Positions 9,311-19,195 are shown, numbered from the stretch's first letter. The stretch: 64,000 nt of DNA from Actinomycetota bacterium (GCA_040255345.1 JBDZUV010000001.1:920-64919), one strand, 5' to 3'. The notes: generated by a model not told the origin, from the sequence alone. Numbers and translations: made by a program.

Positions 9311-11593
9311 CTACTCGCGGGCGATCAGCCGGTGCAGGTGAGGATCGTCGAGATCGGGTCGATCCAGTGCGTGACTCTGGATCTCGACGTCGTGGACGGT
9401 GCCCTCGAAGGTGAACGGCGGATCGTAGGCATCACTCAGCGGAAGACCCGCGTCATGGCCGAGCCGCAGGCCGGCACCGCCGATCTGCCACCGGAACGGC
9501 AGGTCGGTGTCCAGGGCTGCACCGGCGGATTCCTCGTCGTCGACGAACAGTCGGATCGGCCCGCCCCCGCCCTCCAGCCTGCGGTACTCGAACGCGATCT
9601 CGTGGTCACCGGCCCCCAGCGGGCGCCGACCGGTGAGATCGTGGGGCTGTCCGAACAGCCGGACGTGCGCCCGCGGGTGCCCGTGGTCCAGCCAGATCCC
9701 CCATCCACTGTTCCAGTCGCCCAGCGCGGCGACGACCCCCGAATCGGTGTCGGACGCGCAGGTGACGTGGGCGAGGATCGTGAAACCCGGACCCATCGGT
9801 GGCAGAAAGTCCTCGGCGATCGGCGACCCTCCCGGCCGGTAGGTCATGGTGAAACCCGACGGCCACGGGTTCGGGTCCAAGGCGATGCTCCGGCCGGTGA
9901 AGGTGTCATCGAGCGGCAACACCTGGTTCCGGCCCGCCTCGGTCCACCACGCCTGTTGGAGTTCGGCCAGCTTGTCGGGATGCTCGTCGGCCAGATCGTG
10001 CACCTCGGCGAAGTCGTCCGCGAGGCGGTACAGGTGCCAACGGTCGTCCGCGAAGCGGTGCGAGCCGATCACCAGTTCCTGCTCCACGGTCATCTGCGCA
10101 CCCACATGGTCGGTCGTGGCCTTCCAGCCGTCGAGGTACATCGCCCGGGACCCCAACAGTTCGAAGTACTGGCTGGTGCGTGGCGACGGCGCACTGGCGT
10201 CGTCGAAGGTGGCGAGCATGCTCGTCCCGTCCAGCGGACGTTGGTCGACCCCGTCGATGGTGTCGGGCCGCTCCACGCCGGTCGCCGCGAGCACGGTCGG
10301 CAACAGGTCGACGGCGTGACAGAACTGGTCGCGCACCCGTCCTCGGTGAGCGGTGTCGATGCGCGCCGGCCAGCGGACGATCAGCGGCGTCCGCACGCCG
10401 CCCAACCAGGTGAAACGCTTCCACAACTTGAACGGGGTGTTCCCGGCCCAGGCCCAACCCCAGGGGTAGTGCTCGTAGGATCGCGGACCGCCCAGGTGTT
10501 CCATCGACGCGATCGTCTCGTCGACGTCGTCGAGACGATCGTGGGTGAACCGCAACTCGTTGAACGAGCCGTGGGGGCCACCTTCGGCGCTGGCCCCGTT
10601 GTCGGAACACAACATGACGAGGGTGTTCTCGGTGACGCCCATCGTGTCGAGTTCGGCGAGCAGGCGACCGATCTGGGCGTCGGTGTGGGCCAGGAACCCC
10701 GCGTAGACCTCCATCATGCGGGCGAACAGGCGACGTCGGTCCGCGTCGAGATCGGCCCAGGGGGTCACCCAGGGCGGCCGGTCGCTGGGGGTCGTGCCCG
10801 CGGGCACGATGCCCGAGGCCATCTGGCGGGCCACGATCTGTTCGCGCCACGCGTCCCAACCTGCGTCGAAATGACCGCGGAACCGTTCGATCCATGCGGC
10901 CGGAGCCTGGTGCGGTGCATGCTGTGCGCCGGTCGCGAACCACAGGAGGAACGGCTTGTGCGGGGTCGCCTGTCTGACGTCACGGACGAAGCCGAGCGCC
11001 CGGTCGCACAGGTCCTCGGTCAGGTGGTAGCCGTCGCGCCAGTCCCCCGGCGGGCCGACGTGGTGGTTGTCACTGACCAGTTCGGGGGCGAACTGGTTCG
11101 TGTCGCCGGCGAGGAACCCGTAGTAGCGCTCGAAGCCCAGACCGAGCGGCCACTGGTCGAACGGTCCCGAGGCCGACACCTCCCACCGGGGCACGAGATG
11201 CCACTTGCCGACGGCGAACGTCGCGTAGCCGGCGTCACGGAGCAGCCGGGGCAGCGCCACCGCGGACTTCGGAATGTGGGCGTCGTAACCGGGAAAGCCG
11301 ATGGGAACCTCGGGCAGGAACCCCATACCGACCGCATGGTGGTTCTGCCCGGTCAACATCGCCGCGCGGGTCGGGGAACACATCGCGGTGACATGGTGGT
11401 TCCGGTAGCGCAGACCGTGCCGGGCGAGCGACGAGATCGCCGGGGTGGCGATGTCGGATCCGAACGGTTCGAGCTGCGCGAAGCCGACGTCGTCGAGCAC
11501 GATCACGACGACGTTCGGCGCCGTGGGCGGTGGCTTCGGCGCCAGTCGAGGCCGGGGTGTCGATTCGGCGATGGTGGTCGAGATCAGCTGCAC
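9311..11593 (-). CDS. Cys-type arylsulfatase (about 760 aa, AtsA-like with C-terminal beta-sandwich-like extension)
   Basis: Track ORF 9311..12211 trimmed, because its 5' end would cross ispH. GTG 11593 (VQLISTTIAE...) is the last plausible start before VVVIVLDDVGF. The sulfatase signature is MCSPTRAAMLTGQNHH. The start is uncertain and no signal peptide is evident. Confidence 0.8.
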   Translation of the reverse strand: MQLISTTIAESTPRPRLAPKPPPTAPNVVVIVLDDVGFAQLEPFGSDIATPAISSLARHGLRYRNHHVTAMCSPTRAAMLTGQNHHAVGMGFLPEVPIGFPGYDAHIPKSAVALPRLLRDAGYATFAVGKWHLVPRWEVSASGPFDQWPLGLGFERYYGFLAGDTNQFAPELVSDNHHVGPPGDWRDGYHLTEDLCDRALGFVRDVRQATPHKPFLLWFATGAQHAPHQAPAAWIERFRGHFDAGWDAWREQIVARQMASGIVPAGTTPSDRPPWVTPWADLDADRRRLFARMMEVYAGFLAHTDAQIGRLLAELDTMGVTENTLVMLCSDNGASAEGGPHGSFNELRFTHDRLDDVDETIASMEHLGGPRSYEHYPWGWAWAGNTPFKLWKRFTWLGGVRTPLIVRWPARIDTAHRGRVRDQFCHAVDLLPTVLAATGVERPDTIDGVDQRPLDGTSMLATFDDASAPSPRTSQYFELLGSRAMYLDGWKATTDHVGAQMTVEQELVIGSHRFADDRWHLYRLADDFAEVHDLADEHPDKLAELQQAWWTEAGRNQVLPLDDTFTGRSIALDPNPWPSGFTMTYRPGGSPIAEDFLPPMGPGFTILAHVTCASDTDSGVVAALGDWNSGWGIWLDHGHPRAHVRLFGQPHDLTGRRPLGAGDHEIAFEYRRLEGGGGPIRLFVDDEESAGAALDTDLPFRWQIGGAGLRLGHDAGLPLSDAYDPPFTFEGTVHDVEIQSHALDRPDLDDPHLHRLIARE

Positions 11594-11695
11594 GGCGTGC
11601 TCGCATTCGGCGGAGAGGACCCGCCGATCGGCGGATCCGGCATGTGACCGACGTGACAAGGTCGCCCGTCGGCCGGGCACAGTAGCCTGCGGAGC

Positions 11696-12736
11696 ATGGA
11701 CGTCGACCGGGTGTTGTTGGCCGCGCCCCGAGGGTTCTGCGCGGGCGTCGAGATGGCGATCAAGGCGCTGGCCTGGATGGTGGGCGCATTCGAACCGCCC
11801 GTGTACTGCTATCACCAGATCGTGCACAACGCGATCGTGGTGAAGCGCTTCGAGCAGATGGGCGTGGTGTTCATCGACGACATCGACGAGGTTCCCCCGG
11901 GAGCCCCGGTGATGCTGTCGGCGCACGGCTCGGCACCCGAAGTCGTCGCCGGGGCGAGCGAGCGCGGTGGCTTCGTGGTCGATGCGGTCTGTCCGCTGGT
12001 CACCAAGGTGCACCACGAGGTCCGCACCCGCGCCGCGAAGGACTACGACATCATCTACATCGCGCACGAAGGTCACGAAGAGGCGATCGGTACCGTCGCG
12101 GAAGCGCCCGAAGGGCGGATCCACCAGGTCGAATCGATCGCCGAGATCGACGCGCTGGACGACTTCGCCGGTCCGGTCGCGCTGCTCACCCAGACGACCC
12201 TCAGCCAACACGACTGGTCACTGCTCGCCGCCCACGCCCATGAACGCTTCCCCGACATGTGGATGCCCGGACGCAAGGACCTGTGCTTCGCCACGACCAA
12301 TCGTCAGGACGCGCTGATCGAGATGGCGCACCGCTGCGACACGGTGATCGTGATCGGTTCGGAGAACTCGTCGAACACCCGGGCACTCGCCCGCATCGCC
12401 ACCGACGAGGGCTGCCCGAGGGTCCTGCGGGTCAACGGCGCCGACGAGCTGCCCGACGATCTGGAAGGCACGGTCGGGGTGACCGCGGGGGCGTCTGCGC
12501 CCGACGAACTGGTGACCGACGTGATCGACCGCCTGGCGCCACGTGGCGGCGTCGAAGAGGTGCATCTGACCGACGAGGACGAGTACTTCCCGCCGCCGCG
12601 GAGCCTCCGCCCCCTGATCAACGCCGTGTCGACGTTGGCGACCTTCGGGCTCGGGACGACGCCCGGGCACGGGCCGAGCGCCGATGACCGCCGGATGAGC
12701 GCGAGTCGGGTCCTGGCGGGCCTCGCGGGTCGCTGA
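11696..12736 (+). CDS. ispH: 4-hydroxy-3-methylbut-2-enyl diphosphate reductase
   Basis: Track ORF. Features seen are LLAAPRGFCAGVEMAI, SAHGSAPEV and AHEGHEEAIGT, the typical IspH/LytB three-Cys architecture. Confidence 0.9.
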   Translation: MDVDRVLLAAPRGFCAGVEMAIKALAWMVGAFEPPVYCYHQIVHNAIVVKRFEQMGVVFIDDIDEVPPGAPVMLSAHGSAPEVVAGASERGGFVVDAVCPLVTKVHHEVRTRAAKDYDIIYIAHEGHEEAIGTVAEAPEGRIHQVESIAEIDALDDFAGPVALLTQTTLSQHDWSLLAAHAHERFPDMWMPGRKDLCFATTNRQDALIEMAHRCDTVIVIGSENSSNTRALARIATDEGCPRVLRVNGADELPDDLEGTVGVTAGASAPDELVTDVIDRLAPRGGVEEVHLTDEDEYFPPPRSLRPLINAVSTLATFGLGTTPGHGPSADDRRMSASRVLAGLAGR

Positions 12737-12782
12737 ACCGAACTCCCGTCTCAGCAACGCCCGAGAGAAGAGGACGCGCCCC

Positions 12783-13190
12783 ATGGAGCCGGTGACCTGG
12801 AACACCGTCCGTCTGTTCTTCCACGTCGTCGCGGCGACGATCTGGGTCGGTGGGCAGTTCACGCTCGCCGGTCTGGTGCCCGGCGCACGCCGGATCGACC
12901 CAGACCTGCCCAGGACCCTCGCCCGCCGTTTCAATCGTCTGGCATGGCCGGCATTCGGCGTGCTGGTCGTCACGGGTCTCTGGAACATCGCCGCGGTCCG
13001 CGGGTTCCACGACGGTGACACCGCCTGGCGTGTCACGCTCGTGGTCAAGGTGATCGTCGTGGGGGTTTCGGGGCTGTCCGCGTTCGCCCATCAGCGTTCG
13101 ACGTCGACCCTCGGGCTCGCGGTGTGGGGGACCCTCACGTCGCTCTCGGCGGTCGCGGCGCTCTGGCTCGGGGTGATGCTGGGTACCTGA
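12783..13190 (+). CDS. Integral membrane protein (4 predicted helices; CopD-like, family not recognised)
   Basis: Track ORF with high GC3. Hydrophobic segments include FFHVVAATIWVGGQFTLAGLV, AWPAFGVLVVTGLWNI, VVKVIVVGVSGLSAF and LSAVAALWLGVML. Confidence 0.6.
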   Translation: MEPVTWNTVRLFFHVVAATIWVGGQFTLAGLVPGARRIDPDLPRTLARRFNRLAWPAFGVLVVTGLWNIAAVRGFHDGDTAWRVTLVVKVIVVGVSGLSAFAHQRSTSTLGLAVWGTLTSLSAVAALWLGVMLGT

Positions 13191-13211
13191 ACCGGGCGAC
13201 GGTCGGCGCCG

Positions 13212-15641
13212 GTGACGGTACTGACTCGTCCAGCGGCGGTGGCGGTAGGGTCCATTCTCATGCACGACGCGCTACTGGCCACCCCGTCCTCCGAGCTCAG
13301 AGAGCGGGCGCGGGCCATCCGAGATCAGGCCTTCGGGACGCGGGTCACCTACTCCCCCAAGGTGTTCATCCCGTTGACCATGCTCTGTCGGGACCGGTGC
13401 GGCTACTGCACCTTCGCCCAGCCACCGGCACGCCTGGAACACCCCTACCTCGAACTCGACGAGGTGCTGCGGATCGCCGAACGGGGCGCCGAGGCCGGCT
13501 GCCACGAGGCACTGTTCACCCTCGGTGAGCGACCCGAGGAGCGGTACCCGGTCGCTGCGGAGTGGTTGCGTGACCACGGCTACGACTCGACGATCCACTA
13601 CGTCGCGGTCGCTTCCGCCGCGGTGCGGGACCAGACCGGCCTGCTCCCCCACGCGAACGCCGGCGCGCTGTACCCCGACGAACTCGCGTTGCTCCGTGGC
13701 GTCGCGCCCAGCCAGGGCATGATGATCGAATCACTGAACGGTGACCTGGACGCGCACCGTGGCAGTCCGGACAAGACGCCCGAGCGGCGCCTCGCCACGC
13801 TCGAAGCGGCGGGACGACTCGCGATCCCCTTCACCACCGGCATCCTCGTGGGCATCGGCGAATCCGCGCAGGACCGTCTCGACGCGCTGGTCGCGATCGC
13901 GGACGCGCACGCCCGCCACGGTCACGTTCAGGAGGTGATCGTGCAGAACTTCCTTCCCAAGCCCGGCACCGCGATGCACCGCGCGCCGGCGTGTGACCCC
14001 GAGGTCTACGCCGACACGGTCGCATTGGCGAGGATCGTTCTGCCCGCCGACGTGCACCTGCAGGCGCCGCCGAACCTGTCCGACGAGTTCGGTCACCTGC
14101 TCGACTCCGGAATCGACGACTGGGGTGGCGTCTCACCGGTCACCGCCGACCACGTCAACCCCGAACGTCCCTGGCCGGCACTGGACCGCCTGCGCGAGGT
14201 CACCGAAGCTCACGGTCACGTCCTCGCGCCTCGGCTGACGGTCCACCCCGAATGGGTGCTCGAACCGGCACGCTGGCTGGACGAGGCGAACCGCTTTCCG
14301 GTGCTGGATCGTTCCGACGCCGAAGGCCTGGCGCGCGACGACCCGGGCGCCGTGTTCCCCGAACAGATCGCCGCGGCGATCGACGCGGGGAGCGGCGCCG
14401 ACGTCGTGCAGGTCGGCCACCGCAACACCGCCTGGTACTCGGGCGCCGAGGCGGACCCGCCACTGCTCGCCGAGGCCGGCACGTCTGCGCGGGCGTCCGT
14501 CGCCGGCGTGCGCGGTGCGGTCGCCGAAGTGCTCCAAGGTGTGCTCGACGGTGAGCGGGTGGGTGAAGACGAGATCGTCACGCTGTTCGCGGCCCGGGGC
14601 CCCGAGGTGACCGCAGTGGCCGCGGTGGCCGACGAGCTGCGTCGCCGGACCGTCGGCGACGACATCACCTGGGTCCACAACCGCAACATCAACTACACGA
14701 ACGTCTGCACCTTCAAGTGCCGGTTCTGTGGGTTCTCCAAGGGGCCGCTGTCGCTGAATCTGCGGGGTCGCCCGTATCTGATGACCCTGGACGACATCGC
14801 CGCACGTGCGGTCGAAGCGGCCGATCTGGGCGCGACCGAAGTGTGTCTGCAGGGTGGTATCCACCCGAACTTCGACGGCGACTACTACGTCGACGTCGCA
14901 CGGGCCGTCCACGCGGCGGCGCCCGGAATCCACATCCACGCCTTCACCGCGCTCGAGGTGACCGAAGGCGCGCGGCGTCTCGACGAGCCGCTCGCGCACT
15001 ACCTGCAGCGCCTCGTCGAGGCAGGGCTCAAGACGCTCCCTGGCACGGCCGCAGAGATCCTCGACGACGAGATCCGCGCCGAGCTGTGCCCCGACAAGAT
15101 CGACACCGAACAGTGGCTCGACGCGCACCGCACCGCGCATTCCGTCGGGCTGCGCTCGAACGTCACGATCATGTACGGCTCGATCGAGCAGCCCCGCCAC
15201 TGGGCCCGACACCTGATCCGCACCCGTGACCTGCAGGACGAGACCGGCGGGTTCACCGAGTTCGTGCCGCTGCCGTTCGTCCACATGGCCTCGCCGATCT
15301 ACCTGCACCGCCGCTCCCGCCGCGGCCCGACGTTCCGGGAGTCGGTGCTGATGCACGCCGTGGGTCGCATCGCCTATGCGGGGAGCATCGACAACGTCCA
15401 GGCCTCGTGGGTCAAGCTGGGTGCTCCCGGCGTCCGCCAGCTGTTGAGCGCCGGCGCGAACGACCTCGGTGGCACCCTCATGGACGAGAACATCTCGCGG
15501 GCCGCCGGCGCCCAGCACGGCCAGATGATGGACGAGGCGGGGTTCGCCGAGTTGGTCGAACCCCTGGGTCGCCCGCTCGTGCAGCGCACCACCCTCTATG
15601 GCCGGGTCGACCGGCAGCGTGTCGACCCGATCGCGGTGTGA
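13212..15641 (+). CDS. fbiC: Bifunctional FO synthase (CofG+CofH fusion) for coenzyme F420 biosynthesis
   Basis: Track ORF. It has two radical-SAM Cys motifs, CRDRCGYCTF in the N-terminal half and CTFKCRFCGF in the C-terminal half, at roughly 800 aa as in actinobacterial FbiC. The start is GTG 13212 or ATG 13260 (MHDALL...). Confidence 0.9.
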   Translation: MTVLTRPAAVAVGSILMHDALLATPSSELRERARAIRDQAFGTRVTYSPKVFIPLTMLCRDRCGYCTFAQPPARLEHPYLELDEVLRIAERGAEAGCHEALFTLGERPEERYPVAAEWLRDHGYDSTIHYVAVASAAVRDQTGLLPHANAGALYPDELALLRGVAPSQGMMIESLNGDLDAHRGSPDKTPERRLATLEAAGRLAIPFTTGILVGIGESAQDRLDALVAIADAHARHGHVQEVIVQNFLPKPGTAMHRAPACDPEVYADTVALARIVLPADVHLQAPPNLSDEFGHLLDSGIDDWGGVSPVTADHVNPERPWPALDRLREVTEAHGHVLAPRLTVHPEWVLEPARWLDEANRFPVLDRSDAEGLARDDPGAVFPEQIAAAIDAGSGADVVQVGHRNTAWYSGAEADPPLLAEAGTSARASVAGVRGAVAEVLQGVLDGERVGEDEIVTLFAARGPEVTAVAAVADELRRRTVGDDITWVHNRNINYTNVCTFKCRFCGFSKGPLSLNLRGRPYLMTLDDIAARAVEAADLGATEVCLQGGIHPNFDGDYYVDVARAVHAAAPGIHIHAFTALEVTEGARRLDEPLAHYLQRLVEAGLKTLPGTAAEILDDEIRAELCPDKIDTEQWLDAHRTAHSVGLRSNVTIMYGSIEQPRHWARHLIRTRDLQDETGGFTEFVPLPFVHMASPIYLHRRSRRGPTFRESVLMHAVGRIAYAGSIDNVQASWVKLGAPGVRQLLSAGANDLGGTLMDENISRAAGAQHGQMMDEAGFAELVEPLGRPLVQRTTLYGRVDRQRVDPIAV

Positions 15642-16738
15642 CCGACGCCGAATCCGCGCCCGCGCCGAAGCGGCGACGCGCCACGACCGGCAACCCCGAA
15701 TGGGATCAACGCATCGACGAACTCATCGACGAGATCGCCCCGGACCAGAACCGTGACCTGCTGCGCCAGGTCTTTCTCGAAGGGGTTCGCCTCGCCACGA
15801 TCGACGCGGAACGACTCGACCTGAAGATCGCCTCGGCGGCGCTGCGGGAGATGCGCCAGGCGTTCGCCGCGTTCGCCCCGGTGAGGGGTCGCCGCAAGCT
15901 CACCGTGTTCGGTTCGGCACGAACGCAGGAATCGGATCCGTTGTACGTCCAGGCCCGGGAACTGGCCCGTGTCGCCGCCGAGCGCGGCTGGATGGCGGTC
16001 ACCGGTGCCGGCCCCGGCATCATGCTCGCCGCCATGGAAGGCGCCGGGCGCGAGAATTCCTTCGGGGTGCGGATCCGCCTGCCCTTCGAGGCCGAAGCGA
16101 ACGAGATCATCTCGGGTGACACGAAACTCGTGTCGATGAAGTACTTCTTCACCCGGAAGCTCATGCTGATGAAGGAGTCGGATGCGTTCGTGGCGATGCC
16201 GGGAGGGTTCGGCACGCTGGACGAGACCGTGGAGCTCCTCACGCTGCAACAGACCGGCAAGGCCGTTCCCGCGCCGGTCGTCCTGCTCGACGTCCCCGGC
16301 GGTGACTACTGGCAGGCCTGGCAGCGTTTCGTCGAGGACCACGTCGCGGCGCGTGGCTACGTGAACCCGGCGGATCTCGGTCTGGTCCACCTGTGCGACG
16401 ACCACGACGAGGCCCTCGCGTACATCGACCGGTACTACGCGAACTACCGCTCGATCCGCTGGTTCGGCGACAAGCTCGTCATCCGGTTGAACACGGCGCC
16501 CGACGAGGCGCAGCTCGCTGCACTCAACGACCGGTTCGCGTCGATGACGACGGACGGGAAGGGCCTGGCGGTCACCGGCCCGAAACCGGCGGAGACCGCA
16601 GGGGGTGACGACCTCGGTGCCGATCGGGTCGAGCTGACACTCGACCCCTTCCGGATCGCCGAGTTGCACGTGCTCATCGACGCGTTGAACGACCTCGTCG
16701 CCGCTCCCGTTCAGTCCCTCGAGGTCTCGGACACCTGA
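15638..16738 (+). CDS. LOG-family (TIGR00730-type) nucleotide phosphoribohydrolase-like protein with N- and C-terminal extensions
   Basis: Track ORF 15407..16738 trimmed to GTG 15638, which overlaps the fbiC stop as GTGA. Motifs are VTGAGPGIMLAAMEGA and AMPGGFGTLDETVELLT (PGGxGTxxE). Confidence 0.8.
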   Translation: MTDAESAPAPKRRRATTGNPEWDQRIDELIDEIAPDQNRDLLRQVFLEGVRLATIDAERLDLKIASAALREMRQAFAAFAPVRGRRKLTVFGSARTQESDPLYVQARELARVAAERGWMAVTGAGPGIMLAAMEGAGRENSFGVRIRLPFEAEANEIISGDTKLVSMKYFFTRKLMLMKESDAFVAMPGGFGTLDETVELLTLQQTGKAVPAPVVLLDVPGGDYWQAWQRFVEDHVAARGYVNPADLGLVHLCDDHDEALAYIDRYYANYRSIRWFGDKLVIRLNTAPDEAQLAALNDRFASMTTDGKGLAVTGPKPAETAGGDDLGADRVELTLDPFRIAELHVLIDALNDLVAAPVQSLEVSDT

Positions 16739-16926
16739 CGCAGCAGGCCGGCGGCCTTGTCGACGGCCGAGCGCGCACGGCTGAGCAGCTTCTCTTCGGT
16801 CGGCCGCCCCGGTGCGCCGGTCTCGAGCGCCTCGCGTAGGACCACCATGATCCGGTCGCCGAGCTGTTCGGAAATGGTCTCGAGTTGGGCCCGCAGGTCG
16901 TCGTGGGTGTCGTTCATGGAAGCCAT
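16711..16926 (-). CDS. Small hypothetical protein (about 71 aa)
   Basis: Track ORF 16711..16947 (TTG) trimmed to ATG 16926 (MASMNDTHDDLRAQLE...). It has high GC3 and a helical-looking sequence, and it overlaps the 3' end of the LOG gene convergently by 28 nt. No motif recognised. Confidence 0.45.
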   Translation of the reverse strand: MASMNDTHDDLRAQLETISEQLGDRIMVVLREALETGAPGRPTEEKLLSRARSAVDKAAGLLRQVSETSRD

Positions 16927-16987
16927 GGTCCCATGCCGGGGTGACAATCGGTCCGCGGTGACCGGGACCGGTAGGCTCGCCAGAGAG

Positions 16988-18376
16988 ATGCCGTCGCCCC
17001 GACTCGCCGCCTACTGCACCGCCGAGGCCGACGCCGTCACAGGTCGCCTGTTCGACTGGTTGGCGATCCCGTCGATCTCCGCGGCGGCCGAGCATGTCGG
17101 CGCGGTGCGTCGTTCCGCCGAGTGGCTCGCCGCCGCCTGTCGTGACGCGGGGTTCGACCGCGTCGAGATCTGGACCACCCCGGGCCATCCGTCGGTGTAC
17201 GCGGAGTGGACGGGCGCGCCCGCCGGGGCGCCGACGGTCCTGGTGTACGGCCACCACGACGTCCAGCCGGTCGACCCGATCGACGCCTGGGAGCACCCGC
17301 CGTTCGACCCGGTGATCGTCGACGGCGAGTGCCGTGCCCGGGGAGCCATCGACGACAAGGGCCAGGTGCTCTATCACCTCGAAGCCGTTCGGGCGACGCT
17401 CGCCGAGCGTGGCTCGTTGCCGGTGAGTTTGAAGTTGCTGATCGAAGGGGAAGAAGAAGTCGGCAGTCCCAACTTCGAGGCCCTGCTGCGCGAGCGGACC
17501 GACCGTCTCGCCTGCGATGTGATCGTGGTGTCCGATACCGGCATGATCGCACCCGACGTGCCCTCGACCGACGTGTCGATGCGCGGTCTGATCGCCGCGA
17601 CGGTCACGGTGACGACGTCGTCGACCGACCTGCACTCGGGCACCTTCGGCGGGGCGGTTCCGAACCCGCTGCACCACCTGGCGCGGCTGGTCGACCGGCT
17701 CCACGACGACGACCTGCGGGTCGCGATCGGTGGCTTCTACGACGACGTGGCGCCACTGGGCCCGGCCGAAGTCGAATCGCTCGCCACGCAACCGTTCGAC
17801 GACGACGAATTCCGCCGCCTGGCCGGGGTCGGAGTGCTCGAGGGCGAGGCCGGACACACGACGCTCGAGCGTGTCGGCACGCGCCCGACCGCCGAGGTGG
17901 TCGGGCTGCACGGCGGCTACACCGGCGAGGGCATCAAGACGATCGTGCCCGCCTCGGCGCACGCGAAGATCAGCTTCCGGCTGGTACCCGATCAGGAACC
18001 GCAGCGGATCATGGCCCTGGTCGAAGCGTGGATCCGAGACCAGTTCGCCGACGGTGTCGAGGTCGACATCTCCTGGCACGGTGGGGTGGCACCCGCGCGC
18101 ACCGACACCGCGCATTGGAGCTTCACCGCGCTGCAACGGGCCATCACCACGGTGTGGGGTGCCCCGCCGCTGTTGACCCGGGTCGGCGGATCAGGGCCCG
18201 AGGAGACCCTCGGACGCGTCCTGGGGGCACCGGTGATCTTTCTCGGCGTCGGGCTGCCCGGCGACCGGATCCACGCCCCGAACGAACGCATGGTCATGGA
18301 CCAGTTCTGGCGAGGGCTGTGTGCCGCCGGGGAGCTCTATGACGAACTGGCGGCGGCCGCCGCCCCGGCGACGTGA
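16988..18376 (+). CDS. M20-family dipeptidase / metallopeptidase
   Basis: Track ORF 16757..18376 trimmed to ATG 16988 (MPSPRLAAY...). Motifs are YGHHDVQPVDP, RGAIDDKGQ and LIEGEEEVGSPN, typical of M20 dipeptidases. Confidence 0.85.
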   Translation: MPSPRLAAYCTAEADAVTGRLFDWLAIPSISAAAEHVGAVRRSAEWLAAACRDAGFDRVEIWTTPGHPSVYAEWTGAPAGAPTVLVYGHHDVQPVDPIDAWEHPPFDPVIVDGECRARGAIDDKGQVLYHLEAVRATLAERGSLPVSLKLLIEGEEEVGSPNFEALLRERTDRLACDVIVVSDTGMIAPDVPSTDVSMRGLIAATVTVTTSSTDLHSGTFGGAVPNPLHHLARLVDRLHDDDLRVAIGGFYDDVAPLGPAEVESLATQPFDDDEFRRLAGVGVLEGEAGHTTLERVGTRPTAEVVGLHGGYTGEGIKTIVPASAHAKISFRLVPDQEPQRIMALVEAWIRDQFADGVEVDISWHGGVAPARTDTAHWSFTALQRAITTVWGAPPLLTRVGGSGPEETLGRVLGAPVIFLGVGLPGDRIHAPNERMVMDQFWRGLCAAGELYDELAAAAAPAT

Positions 18377-19149
18377 CCGGGCCGCAGCACACACCCCCCG
18401 ATCAACACGAGTGGGTCAGCTTCACCGATCCCGACGAGGAACGCACCTGGGTGTTCGATCTGACCTTCCTGACATCGAACTGGACGTGCATCTTCGGCCG
18501 GGGGTGCCAGGGCGTGCTCACCGAGGATGCCACCGACCTGGTGCAGGGGTGCTGCTCCTACGGCGCCCATTTCAGCGACGAGGCCGACCGCACCCGGGTC
18601 GAGCAGGCGGCCGCGGACCTCGACGACGATGTCTGGCAGTTCGCTGCGGAGGCCCGGCGCCGCGGCGGCCCCACCAAGGATCTGCCCGACGGCGGATCGA
18701 TGACCCGACTCGTCGACGGTGCCTGCATCTTCCTGAACCGCCCCGGCTTCGCCACCGGGCCGGGCTGTGCCTTTCACTTCGCCGCCCAACGGCGCGGGGT
18801 CAGCTACCTCGATCTCAAGCCCGAGGTGTGCTGGCAGGTTCCCCTGCGGCGGGAGGACGTGGTCGCGGATGACGGCCATGTGACCTCGACGGTGCGCGAA
18901 TGGAAGCGCCGCGACTGGGGCGAGGGTGGCGCTGATTTCCATTGGTGGTGCACCGACGCGCCCGATGCGTTCATCGGCGACGATCCCGCGTACGCCTCGC
19001 TGCGTGCGGAGCTGATCGCACTCACCTCCCCCGCCGCCTATGCGTTCCTGGTCGACCACATCACCGAACGGCGCGCCCGGGCGGGCTCGACCCCGGTCTT
19101 CCTTCCGCATCCCGCCATCCGGCGCAAGCGGGGCGAACTCCGGCGCTGA
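18373..19149 (+). CDS. Cysteine-cluster protein (YkgJ/UPF0153-like?), conserved hypothetical
   Basis: Track ORF. GTG 18373 overlaps the M20 stop as GTGA. Cys motifs are WTCIFGRGCQG, QGCCSYGAH, DGACIFLNRPGFATGPGCAFH, EVCWQVPL and WWC. Confidence 0.65.
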   Translation: MTGPQHTPPDQHEWVSFTDPDEERTWVFDLTFLTSNWTCIFGRGCQGVLTEDATDLVQGCCSYGAHFSDEADRTRVEQAAADLDDDVWQFAAEARRRGGPTKDLPDGGSMTRLVDGACIFLNRPGFATGPGCAFHFAAQRRGVSYLDLKPEVCWQVPLRREDVVADDGHVTSTVREWKRRDWGEGGADFHWWCTDAPDAFIGDDPAYASLRAELIALTSPAAYAFLVDHITERRARAGSTPVFLPHPAIRRKRGELRR

Positions 19150-19195
19150 CGAGCCGATCCCTCAACCCCGCCCCCGCCGGGCCGATGGCATTCCC

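Noticed and set aside
8507-11647. Long plus-strand ORF (1046 aa)
   Set aside because: Shadow frame opposite der and the arylsulfatase, both of which carry unambiguous motifs. Its composition is dominated by R/G/P/V/D.
11594-12211. 5' extension of the sulfatase ORF (track 9311..12211)
   Set aside because: It would run antisense through the ispH coding region. The extension is Arg/His/Gly-rich and precedes the conserved VVIVLDD N-terminus by more than 200 aa.
15596-18136. Long minus-strand ORF (846 aa)
   Set aside because: Antisense to the LOG and M20 peptidase genes, with no motifs and shadow-frame composition.
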